DNA of 64,000 nucleotides from Octopus vulgaris (lineage: Eukaryota): positions 85,064,001 to 85,128,000 of the forward strand of contig OX597815.1 of assembly GCA_951406725.2 (NCBI GenBank), written 5' to 3'. The notes beneath the pieces are model-generated. The model was not told the origin of the DNA, did no database searches, and was given only the letters and a program-made list of their open reading frames with translations. The translations under genes were made by a program, and so were the position numbers. Position 1 is the stretch's first letter. Every line of letters begins with the position of its first letter. This document shows positions 38,889 through 50,270 of the stretch, one piece after another.

Positions 38889-39310
38889 CATATATACATA
38901 TATACGACGGGCTTCTTTCAGTTTCCATCTACCAAATCCACTCACAAGGCTTTGGTCGGCCCGAGGCTATAGTAGAAGACACTTGCTCAAGATGCCACTC
39001 AGTGGGAATGAACCCGGAACCATGTGGTTGGTTAGCAAGCTACTTACCACACAGCCACTCCTGCGCCTTGTCTACAGAATTCATATCTTTTCTGTCCAAA
39101 TGATTATGGAGACTGAGGAATAAATGATAATCAGATGGGATTATCTGATGGGAATTTCTGGTGAATATGGTGGGAGGAACATCGTTTCCCATTAAAACTG
39201 TTCCAGTCTTTTGAATGTCATCCTCGCTGTATGTGGCCGAGCATAACTTTGACGGAAGAGCACCCTTCATCTTGAAACCAAATTTGGTTGCTTTTCTCCT
39301 AGCACTGACT
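38449..39310 (-). mobile_element. Mariner 3' relic interrupted by a SINE A copy (38650-39068)
   Basis: IPSDYHLFLSLHNHL..VRTALEEYF..EFWKRGLASLP; terminal TTGGGTCATCCCATAAATAATGC next to TA. Confidence 0.7.
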
Positions 39311-40116
39311 TGAATGACTGGTTGAATGATCAAATCCAAGCATCTCTGCTAGTTGGATTTGGTATGGTGAAACTGGAAGAAACCTGTCGAATACACACAC
39401 ACAAGCATATATACAGATATATATATATGTATAGAGAGAGAGAGAGAGAGAGATGTAATTACACACACATGTATTTGTATGTGTGGGAGTGTTATATGCC
39501 AATGTGTACTTGACTATGTATGAGTCTGTATGTGTGTGTGTGTGTGTATGCATATGCGTCTGTGACCTAGAATGTGGGGCTGTAATATTATTAGCATGAA
39601 ACAGACAGGCAGGTCATTGCAAATAATTAATAGAGGAGATATGGGATTGGCCTTGGAAATATGGAGGGCGGAAAGACCTTAAAATATTCTTTGCATATTC
39701 AAAGATCCATTGTGCCAATATTTGTCTCCAGATTAATTTCGAATCTCTATGGCCCTATGCAGATGAGAGGTGATTATTCATAACAGAAAAGTTATGGTGT
39801 CTTTTTCAAATACTAAATGTAGGCAAATCAAATTATATTGTCAAGGAAAGAGAAAAAAGTCTAACATTTTAGGTGGAGCCATTTTTCAGAGAGAGACGAA
39901 ATGTTTACTATCATTTATTTGTTTATTGGCTGTGTGGTAAGAAGCCTGCTTCCCAACCACATGTTCAGTCCCATTGTGTGGCATATTGAGAAAGTATCTT
40001 CTACTATAACCTCAGACAGACTAAAGCCTTGTGAATGCATTTGGTAGATAGAACCTGAAAGAAGCCTGTCATATATATATATATATACTTTATTTAAAGC
40101 AGCAGAAAATTCAACA

Positions 40117-40162
40117 AAATCTGTTACACTGAGTTTCTCTTTGCCGTTCATCAGACAGTTTT
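40117..40162 (-). ncRNA. Degenerate minimal type-I hammerhead in a TA-flanked stub (40088-40297)
   Basis: Minus strand: AAAACTGT-CTGATGA-ACGGCAAAGA-GAAA-CTCAGTG-TA-ACAGATTTT; stems II and III imperfect. Confidence 0.6.
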
Positions 40163-40349
40163 TGCTAGAATGGAACCGATATATCAATTCAATCCAGACT
40201 CTTACAAACGCTACACCTTTAAAAAAATGGACTTGTTTGATTGGCCCTTTAGAAATAACGGTCAATCTTCGAGCAATAAACAAAAAATGAGCTCAAAAAT
40301 ATATGTATATATATATAAAAAAAATTATAAAAATTACAAAAATTATAAA

Positions 40350-40392
<43 letters not shown>

Positions 40393-40394
<2 letters not shown>

Positions 40395-40700
40395 CAATGG
40401 CCCAGTGGTTAGGGTAGTGGACTTGCGGTTGTAGGATCACGGTTTCAATTCCCAGACTGGGCGTTGCAAGTGCTTATTGAGCGAAAACACCTAAAGCTCC
40501 ACGAGGCTCCAGTGGGGGAAGGAGGGGGGCGATCCCTGCTGTACTCTTTCACCACAACTTTCTCTCACTCTTTCTTCTGTTGGCCTGCTCACTTAGCCAG
40601 CAGGGTGGCATCATTTGAAGGCTAAAACAATGCGAAGCGCATTGTGACCATCGATGTGTAGCAACATCTGACAGCTTGGTTGGTCACGTGGTCATGTGAT
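40393..40700 (+). mobile_element. tRNA-derived SINE (distinct family)
   Basis: TGGCCCAGTGGTTAGG A box and GGTTTCAATTCCC B box. Confidence 0.7.
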
Positions 40701-40914
40701 ATATATATATATATTCTAGTTTCAGCTCAGAGCTGTGGCCATGCTGGGGCACTACCATTTCACTACACTGTTATTATTGAGAGCCTCCTCTAATATGTGG
40801 CATTAGACCCCAAAACCTGTTGTCACAGGTTTTGAGGTCTAATGATACATTGTAAAGCTAAGCGATTTATGGACATGAAACCCAAGGTAATCCCATAAAC
40901 CAGCCTTATCTATC

Positions 40915-40957
<43 letters not shown>

Positions 40958-41226
40958 GTGTGTCTTAGTGTCTGCTTTTGTACCCCCACCAGTGCTTGAC
41001 AATCAGTGTTGGTGTCTTTATATCCCCCATAACTTAGCGGTTTGGCAAAAGAGAGTGATAGGATAAGCACCAGGCTTAAAAAAAGTACTGGGATTGATTC
41101 ATTTGACTAAAAATCTTCAAGGCGGTGCTCAGTATGGCCATAGTCTAATGACTGTATCAAATAAAAGACAGAAGATGAAAGATCAGTAAATATATCATCT
41201 TGTTTTATCTGATGAAGAGTCTAAGC

Positions 41227-41533
41227 CAGTGTTTCTCAAACTTTTTACCCTTGCGTAACCCTTAAAATAAATTACATGTCTCAAGGGACCCCTGCACAAA
41301 AAAATTATATACCATATCTTTCTCATATTTTTTTCATCATAGGTTAAATATCATATATATTTGTTATGTTTTTTGATAACATAATAGTTTAGATAGGATG
41401 ATGTCTATATTACAATATTACAATAACCAATAATATGTTGTGCATGTATAGTCATATTACAATCATGAAATTAGCATTAGCTTATCTCACACTTTTTCAC
41501 GGAACCACTCGGAACCCCAGGTGGGAAATGCTG
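41227..41533. mobile_element. hAT/Charlie-like MITE
   Basis: CAGTGTTTCTCAAAC ... GTGGGAAATGCTG; flanks GTCTAAGC / ATCTAGAC resemble the NTCTAGAN target. Confidence 0.7.
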
Positions 41534-41742
41534 ATCTAGACTGGAGCTTAAGAATTTTTATCAGTAAACATTTTAATTTTCTTTCTCCTTCTGATACAAA
41601 ATCTTGCCCTAAATGATAGACTTATCATCAACAAATAATTCATCTGTATCTGATGAAGAGTCTTGCCTAAACCCTTAGACAACTCTTCTTCACAGCAAAA
41701 TAATTCTGCAGTCTTTTTTGTAATTATTATTTGCTAACACAA

Positions 41743-42410
41743 AGGCAGCGAGCTGGCAGAATCGTTATCACACTGGACAAAATGCTTAGCGGTATTTCAT
41801 CTGTTGCTATGTTCTGAGTTCAAATTCCCCCGACGTCAACTTTACCTTTCATCCTTTTGGGGTCGATAAATTAAGTACCAGCTGAGTACTGGGGTAGGTG
41901 TAATTGACTATCTCCACCCCCAAATTTCAGGCCTTGTGCCTATAATAGAAAGGATCATTTGCTCACACATAGATGACTTGCTGGCAGAATTTTTGAAGCA
42001 TTGGAGAAAAGTGCTTTGCAATAACTGTTCAGGCTCTCTATATTCTGAGTTCAAACTCTGCCAAGATAAACTTTGCCAGTCATCCCTCTGAGGTCAATAA
42101 AATAAAATACCAGTCAAATATAGGGGTTAATGGTATCAGCTAAATCTCTCTCTTCAAAATTGCTAAACTTGAACCTAGATTAGAAACCAGAGGGGAGTGG
42201 ATTGGCAGAATCATTAGAGCTCTGAAAAAAATGCTTTGTGAAATTTCCTTCAGCTTTTTACATTCTGTGTTCAAATACAACAATTTTCAAATTTGCCTTT
42301 CATTCTTTCTGGGTCAATGAAATAAAGCACCAGTCAAATACTAGCATCGATGATATCAGCTGTCCCCTCCTCTGAAAATTGCTGACCGTGTGTCTATTGT
42401 AAAAAGAATT
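41743..42410 (+). mobile_element. Three head-to-tail diverged SINE B copies
   Basis: TGGCAGAAT at about 41755, 41982 and 42203, each followed by GTTCAAA and TACCAG/CACCAG blocks. Confidence 0.75.
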
Positions 42411-42627
42411 ATTTGCTAACATTAGCCATCAATAATTTCCTTGAGTTTTACAGTTTCACTTTGTTTCTCTAAAATTAACATGTGACTCAACCTGACTGAT
42501 GTGGTTTGAAATCTAATAAGGACACTTCATTTCTATGTCAATGACCAACACATTTCTGAAATTGCAAAATATAAATTTTAAAAAAATCACATCTACCTAC
42601 CTGACACTCTATCTGTCTGTCTGTCTA

Positions 42628-43843
42628 TGGGGATGGGCTAAAATGTTCATAGGCTAACTATGAAGCAGTGATACAAGAGCTGTGAAATCTTGCATGCATT
42701 AATTTCAGCTCTTCTTATTAATAATAAATGCATTATTTCTTTCCAGGTAAACTAACATCTGACTGTTCAAACAAGACTTCAAATGAAACTAGTAGTGACT
42801 TCTCTTGAAAATGGAGAAAAAATTTAGCATCGTACCAGCAGAAAAAGGATTTAGTACCCAATGACATTCATGCTGACATGTTTGCCACATTAGGAGATGA
42901 TACTCTAGCTTTATGAACAGTGCAAAAGTAGGTCGCTGAATTTAGGAGGGGAAGGGAGAATCTTTAAAATGATCCAAGGTCTAAACTTCCTGCAACTGCC
43001 ATCACTGAGGTAAGTATTGATCATGTACTCCACATGGTGATGGATGACAATGAGAGAGTTAAGAATCTTTTGCACAATGAACTTGATATGATGAAGGCTT
43101 CTGTTCAGTGGGTGCCACGTCTTTTGACACCTGATCAAAAGCGCACCAAGCTGATCACATCACAGAAAAATCTGAGATTGTTTAAGGTAGATCCAGTTGG
43201 TTTCCATGAATGTTTCCTAATCCAGGTTGAGTGTTGGTTTCATCTCTTTGAGCCAGAGAAAAAGAGGCAATCCAAGCAGTGGAAACACCCCTCATTACCT
43301 GCTCCAAAGAAAGCCAAGGTCGTTTCATCTGCAGGGAAGGTGATAGTCTCAGTCTTTGTAGACGCAAAAGGCATTGTGTTTATTAGATATCTTCAAACGT
43401 GCCACCCCATCAGTGGAGAGTACTATGCCAACTTGCTGAGGCAGTTACAAAAGGCTATCAAGACCAAATGCCCAGAAAAACAGACAAAAGGGCTCTTGTT
43501 TCATCAGAACAATGCTCCAGCACACAAGTCCTTGCTGTCAAAAGCTGCTGTGTGTGACTGTGGTTTTGAACCAGTTGATCACTCTCCCTTTTCTCTTGAT
43601 TTGGCCCCATCTGACTATTATCTGTTCCCTAACATGAAAAAACCACATGGCTGGGAACTGGTATCACAGTGATGATGATGTAATATCTGCTGTTGATGAC
43701 TTTTTTGATGAACAGGATGAAAACTTCACCGATGGGAAGAAGTGTGTGGACCCCAAGGGGGACTATGTGAAAAGATAAACCTCATTTGGTCACTTTCCAT
43801 GAAAGTATCTTGGTCAGCCTATGAACTTTTCAGCTGACCCTTG
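42628..43843 (+). mobile_element. Near full-length decayed mariner element
   Basis: TIRs GGGCTAAAATGTTCATAGGCTAAC / GTCAGCCTATGAACTTTTCAGCTGACCC. Confidence 0.9.
43034..43672 (+). pseudogene. Mariner transposase remnant
   Basis: WVPRLLT, SAGKVIVSVF, HQNNAPAH, HSPFSLDLAPSDYYLF; the first two catalytic Asp are mutated and both ends are frameshifted. Confidence 0.9.
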
Positions 43844-43845
43844 TT

Positions 43846-43919
<74 letters not shown>

Positions 43920-44536
43920 AGAGAGATAGAGAAAGTGTAAGAGAGGGAAAATGTTCAAACATTTGTTGGGGGTAAGTAATTCATTTATATATGAAATATA
44001 CGTAACATACTTACATGATGTCAATAGACCTTAATCTTTAAATGACTGACGTCATCAATTGATGTTTCATTAAGAAGTCAATACTCATCAATTGATATAC
44101 ATTTATACAATGAGGGAATCTCAAATGAATTTATGTTCGGGTTGAATGCAAAGGAGAGTGAATATTTCACAGCACTTTTTGATGATTAGATTGTCAATTT
44201 TATTGTGCAAGAGACTAACAATTATTATAGTTTTTATACTTATACAAAAGTGAAATTAACTATAAAAATTACCTTTAAGAAAAAGAGATATTATTTTGTT
44301 TTCTATCCATTTGGCACACAACTATTAATCTGATCATGATAAGTTCAAAGCTAATAGCAAGTGTCTACACTTCAACTAGCCTTGCTAAATATGGGTGTAG
44401 TTCACTATAGGAAAGGTACTCAGCTGTAAAACACTTATTCAAAATATTTATGCAAATATTTGCATCCTTTAACAAATAATTCTATAACTATATATGCTTA
44501 AACAACCATGTAACCTAAATTGTGTGGGGATGGAGA

Positions 44537-44567
<31 letters not shown>

Positions 44568-44849
44568 TTATCTCCGAAGTAATGTAAAAGTGGGTATAAT
44601 TTTATTAACTGACATAGTTTGTTTAAATTTGGTGCCATGTGAAAACTACACAGTACATCCTTTAAAGTGGTTGGCATAGGAAGAGTATGCAACCATAGAA
44701 ACCATACCAAAACAGGCAATTGGAACCTGGGCAGCTAGCTCTATGGCAGGCCAACTCCTATCAAACCATTTGTCCCATGCTAGTATGGAAGATGGACACT
44801 AAATGATGGTGATGTTAGTATAGTGATACTTAGAAATTCCTGTTTTTCC

Positions 44850-46320
44850 TTCATTGTAGGTAAATCATAGGTTTCATGTCGGAACAATGTGTTGTCTTTG
44901 AGTTCTTGATGAAGGAGTGGTGCAGGCTGTCTGACATCTGCAGAAGGCTACGTGTTTTTTACAGAGATGACATCACAGATGACAAGAACAATTAGCACAG
45001 ATGGATGAAGCTTAAGAATGGAGAAAATGGCTTTGAAGACAAATTATACAATGAGAGGCTTTCAACTGTGAATACCAATGTGCATCACCAGCAAGTGGAA
45101 AATTAATTTGCGTGGATGTATGAGATTGCTACACAGCTGGAATGTGGTCATAATGCATTGCAGATGATGGAAGACTTTTGGGCATCAGAAAGTGAGTGCA
45201 AAATGGGTGTCTAGACAATTAACGCCCAATTTGAAAGAGGGCGGAAATCTGTTCAGATTTACGAAAAGCATTTGAAGTCAATGAAGACACATTTTTTACC
45301 CATCTGGAGACTGAGAGATAAAACATAGATAATTTTTATAATCTTTGAGCATTGGGCCTGATGGGGGCAAAGTGACTGAGTTCCTTTCAAGTGTTGGGCC
45401 TGATGGAGGCAAAGTGACTGAGTTCCTTTCGAGTGTTGGGCCTCACAGAGGCAAAGTGGCTGAGTTCCTTTCGAGCAGGCCTCATGGAAGCAAGGTAGCT
45501 GAGTTCCTTTCAAGCGTTGGACTTCATAGAGACAAAGTGGCCAAGCTCCTTTCGAGTGTTGGGCCTCATGGAGGCAATGACCAAGACCTTTGGCATTATG
45601 TTGTGCTTGAGAAGAAGACCCATCAAGCTGAGCAAAATCGCAGTCATAGAAGGTGTCAGTGTCACACAAATGGCACCTGTACTAGTGGCATGTAAAAGCA
45701 CCAATTACACTCTCGGAGTGGTTGGCGTTAGGAAGGGCATCCAGCCATAGAAAATCATGCCAAATGAGACTGGAGCTTGGCACAGCTTTCCAGCATGCCA
45801 GCCCAGTCAAACCATCCAACAAAAGCTTATTCCATGGAATGGCACCACACTTATTCACCAAGGCCTAAGAAGTTCAAGAGCCAGTGATAAGCACACAAGG
45901 TTATGATAACTGTGTTTTGGGATTACAAGGGTAATTCATTCATCTTGATTTTCTGGAACATGGTAACTCTGTGAACAATGAGTTGTACATTGAGGCACCT
46001 GAAAAGCTTAGAGAAGCCATTTAGAGGATGAGACAAAACAAAAATATGAAAATAATCGCTTCAACAACAAAATTCAACAATCAGTAACTTGGACTGGTCA
46101 GTGGCCACCCATTCACTATACAGCCCAGATATAATATTCTTAAAGTTCCACTCGTTTAATTCAATGAATGACTGGCTTCAAGGACAAATACTTGATAACA
46201 CAGATGAGGTGAAAATGGCAGGGAAGAAGTAGGTACAACAGTGCACACCTGAATTTTTAGAAAAAGGATTTGAGAGTTTGTTTTAACAATGGTGCAAATC
46301 CATCACTTGTGATGGAGTGG
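44850..46320 (+). pseudogene. Old mariner transposase relic interrupted by an RTE 3' UTR (about 45340-45820) with a 36-39-bp minisatellite
   Basis: KVSAKWVSRQLT, PRPKKFKS..KVMITVFWD, HSLYSPD. Confidence 0.75.
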
Positions 46321-46880
46321 AGATTTTGCTTTTCATCCTTTCAGGATTGATAAATAAAATATTAGTTCAGGGCTGTAGAATTAGTGGAATTGTTAGAACA
46401 TTGGATGAGATACTTTTACAATATCTGTTCCAGGTGTTTGCCTTTTTTGATCAAATACAACCTTCTATCACCAGCCTTCTCCTGGCAAAAAATAAGACCT
46501 TTGGAATCCAGTTGTTGAGGATAGGTCTTCAATGTTAGACAGAGATATGCATTGATTGGCACAACATCATTTCTATCATTAGAAACAAACTGACCTTGCA
46601 ACTGAAGCTGGGTAAATACTAAGACAGAAAAAAACATTATTCCATATGCTCCAAATCTTATCAAAATTATTTTTTCTTGTCAGCCTTCGTTACAGCCACC
46701 CATCACTGGCAACTAAGCTTCTGGTTTGTCTGTGCTTTTGTTAACTGGTTTAGATGCTTCAACAGTCATGAGCAAACATAGGCACTCTATCAGATACCTT
46801 ACTCTTGATCTAGGATTTGACTACTAGAGAGAGAGAGAGAGAGATCTGCACCAGCTACCAGAATTAAACTCATATCTTAA

Positions 46881-47101
46881 CCCTTTGGTGTTCAGAATAC
46901 TCTGTTAAATGTAATGCTTTTTCACTCAAATTGTTTTGAATTAATCATGCATTATCTTATAGCTTTGAGGTTTCAATGATGTGATTGTTTATTTTCAGAA
47001 TGGCATTGTAGGTTAGGAGTGAGAGGCCAGATATCACCAGTTTGAATATAAAACACGTAGAATATATTGGGCCAGATTTGGCCGGTTTAAACACTAAAGG
47101 G
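46881..47101. mobile_element. piggyBac-like MITE
   Basis: TTAA-CCCTTTGGTGTTCAGA...TTTAAACACTAAAGGG-TTAA. Confidence 0.85.
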
Positions 47102-48394
47102 TTAAGATAGTGAGTCAAACACCTCACCACTAGGCCATGATCCTTCACTTTCAGCTTTCTACTACAAGTAGAGTAAGTACCAGTAATATATTGTCTTTCA
47201 TCTGAATTGTTATATCCTACTCTGACAAATCAATTATGTAATGCTCAGCATTAAGTGTCAATTATGCATCAGTTGTACATCTGATTACCTAACATTGATG
47301 CCAATTTACTGATGGAGAAGAGGAAGCCACTCCAAATTAAGTGTCAGGAACACAGCATTGGTGGCAGGATGCAAAATGTCAACATGATTTTTATCTTTAA
47401 TACTTTAGATATCTACAGTACTTACAACACTTTTGCTCATAGGTCTGCTGGATTAGAGTTGATAAGGTATTAAACAAAAACAGCAACCCTTCCTCTATTC
47501 ATACAAGCCAATGAGGAAGGTTTTTATATAGTTATTCAATCTGCTAGAAATAGCAGCCAAATCGTTCTCAGACCATATTTAAAAGAAGTGGACGATGTAG
47601 TCTTAGATATGTTGTGTCTTAATAAAAAATGAGAGGATTATGGCTGGAATACCTTTGATCATAGGTTTACTTGAGACATTAGTCTAGTCTAGAATGTTAA
47701 ACAAAAAGAAAGATTGGACAACAAAATGTTGAAAATACTTTGTCTTAATAAAAGACCGAAAAGTCACAGGTGGAATGTCTTTAATTATAGGTAGGTCTGC
47801 TCAGTTTAGGCTATTAGGGTTGAGGTGGGGCTAAAACAACTTCTAATTCCTAATATTAGTTTCTCAAGGCACATGGACCCTATATAGCAGAAGAAAGAAT
47901 ACATATTACAACTTTCGCACCCTTCCTAAGAAGAGCAATAAAAATTAAATGAAAATTGTCTTGATAGGGTTATTGTTTTATTGTTTAGCTCCAAATTAGG
48001 AAAATATCGGTCTGGCTATGATAAAAACCATTTTACATGTAACTATCCTGTCTCTTTCACATGTGCAAGGAAACCAGGGCTATGTTATCCAATGTTTTCT
48101 TTTTTTAAGCACAGAGTGTGATTTAATGAAGATTTGGTTGCTATTTCTAGCACATCAGGTAACACATAGAAATTCTCTCGTGAAACAACTATGTGACTTC
48201 CACTTACTCTACAGCACTCACTTCACTCTAAATCAGCCATGGGACTTTCTGAATGGTATGCTGAAGGAAAAATTACCTTAAATCTTTTTAGTAGTGCAGC
48301 CTGCCTGATGATAAGCCATGTCTTATGTGGCCCACTTCATGTAAAATGTTGTCCATGCTTGATGTAATAATCCTTTCTACTATAAGGGCAAGAC

Positions 48395-48780
48395 CTGAAA
48401 TTTGGGGGAAGGGGCTAATCGGAATTTGGAGGAGGGGATAGTTGTAGTTAGTGGGAAGGGGCTAGTTGAAATTTGGAGGAAGCTGCTAGTTGAAATTTGA
48501 GGGAGGGGGCTACTTGAAATTTGGGGGAGGGGGATAGTCGAAATTTGGAGGAGGATGCTAGTTGAAATTTGGGGGAGGGAGATAGCTGAAATTTGGGGGA
48601 AGGGGCTAGCTGAAATTTGGGGGAGGAGGCTACTTGAAATTTGGGGGAGGGAGATAGTTGAAATTTGGGGGAGGGGGCCAACTGAAATTTGGGGAAGGAG
48701 GCTAGTTGAAATTTGAGGAAAGAGGCTAATTGAAATTTGGAGGAGGATGCTAGTTGAAATTTGGGGGAGGGGGCTAGTCA
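48395..48780. repeat. 24-bp G-rich minisatellite (about 16 units) inside a minus-strand SINE B tail
   Basis: Unit like TAGTTGAAATTTGGGGGAGGGGGC; preceded by TCCTTTCTACTATAAGGGCAAGACC and followed by AATAAGTACCAG. Confidence 0.9.
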
Positions 48781-49763
48781 ATATGAAATATCATATATGA
48801 AATAAGTACCAGTGTTCCAGTGGTACTCATTTCATATCCTATTAATTATAGTTCTTGTGTCACATTACTGCATCATTACATCTTTCAAAGCTAATAATAT
48901 CTAGCATCACTGCTCTCAGTGCTTTTATTCACAACAGTTTTATACTTTACCTCCAAGTCAGAAATTTATAGTGGAGGTGCAGGTTTGGCCATGCGATTAA
49001 GAAGCATGGTTTCTGACTATGTGGCATTTGGTTCAGTTCCACTGTGTGGTACTTTGGATAAGTGTTTTCTACTCTAGCCCCAGGCTGACCCAAGTCTTGT
49101 GAATGAATTTGTGAGTGGATTTGGGAAGCCCATCAATATATACATATAAATATATACAAGGTGGTATCAAAAAGTTCCCGGTGTAGAGCCTGAAAGATGT
49201 GGGATGAGGTGATGAGGACCTCAAAATGCTGGGCCTCACTGAGGAGATGATGCATAACTTCTGGCAATTTGCTGTGCTTGAGGAAATATATCAAGCTAAG
49301 TAAAAACTGTGGCCATTCATGCATAGAGGCAGGTCCTCTATGGCCCATGCCGGTGCCACATAGAAAACACTTGTGCTGACATCTGCTGACATCATGTAAG
49401 AAACACACATGCCGGCATCACATAAAAAGCACCTGTGCTGATGTCATGTGAAAGGCACCCAACACACTGTAAAATGCTTGGCATTAGGAAGGGCATCCAG
49501 CCATAGAAATCATGCCAAAACAGACAAGTAGAACCTAGGCAGCTCTCTAGCTGGCCAGTTCTTGTCAAACTGTCCAACCCATGCCAGCAAGGGAAACAGA
49601 TGTTAAATGATGATGATGACAATGTTTCTATGCGCTTACCAACCACATGGTTCCGGGTTCTGTCCCACTGTGTGGCATCTTGGGCAAGTGTCTTCTATTA
49701 TAGCCTCAGGCCGACCAAAGCCTTGTGATTGGATTTGGTAGATGGAAACTGAAAGAAGCCTAT

Positions 49764-49805
<42 letters not shown>

Positions 49806-49811
<6 letters not shown>

Positions 49812-50255
49812 AATGAGATAGGGGTTGTAAATTCAACCCTCCATGGGATAACATATATCCAACATACTGCTAGAGAGGTACCCAACAAAACTAATACATA
49901 AATGTTAAAAATTGCGATGCAATTAATTCATCTACTGTATTATGTGGGCAAGGGTAAAATTATTACCGTAAATTAATAATACAAAATGAGAAAATGGAGA
50001 AACATACCTAAATCAATCATCAACCATCAGATAATACCCAATCAATACTTTATCAAACCATTACACAACAGCAAAGATATTATACATAATATATTACAAA
50101 TATAACCAGACATAGAAATAATGTCTAGTTATATTTGTAATATATTATGTATAATATCTTTGCTGTTGTGTAATGGTTTAATAAAGTATTGATTGGGTAT
50201 TATCTGATGGTTGATGATTGATTTAGGTATGTTTCTCCATTTTCTCATTTTGTAT
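49806..50255. repeat. Fold-back insertion (arms 49979-50113 and 50121-50255) between TA tracts, probable PLE stub
   Basis: 135-bp inverted arms with a 7-nt loop and about 2 mismatches. Confidence 0.8.
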
Positions 50256-50270
50256 ATATATATATATATA

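Noticed and set aside
41205-41695. Two CTGATGAAGAGTC motifs as hammerheads
   Set aside because: No properly placed GAAA or stem III
43034-43672. Active or domesticated transposase
   Set aside because: Catalytic residues mutated and frameshifts present
42735-44865. Other AG|GTAA junctions (about 42746 and 44859) as recursive sites
   Set aside because: Weaker donors located within or at transposon relics
48380-48781. 133-aa PQIS-repeat ORF
   Set aside because: Translation of a 24-bp minisatellite
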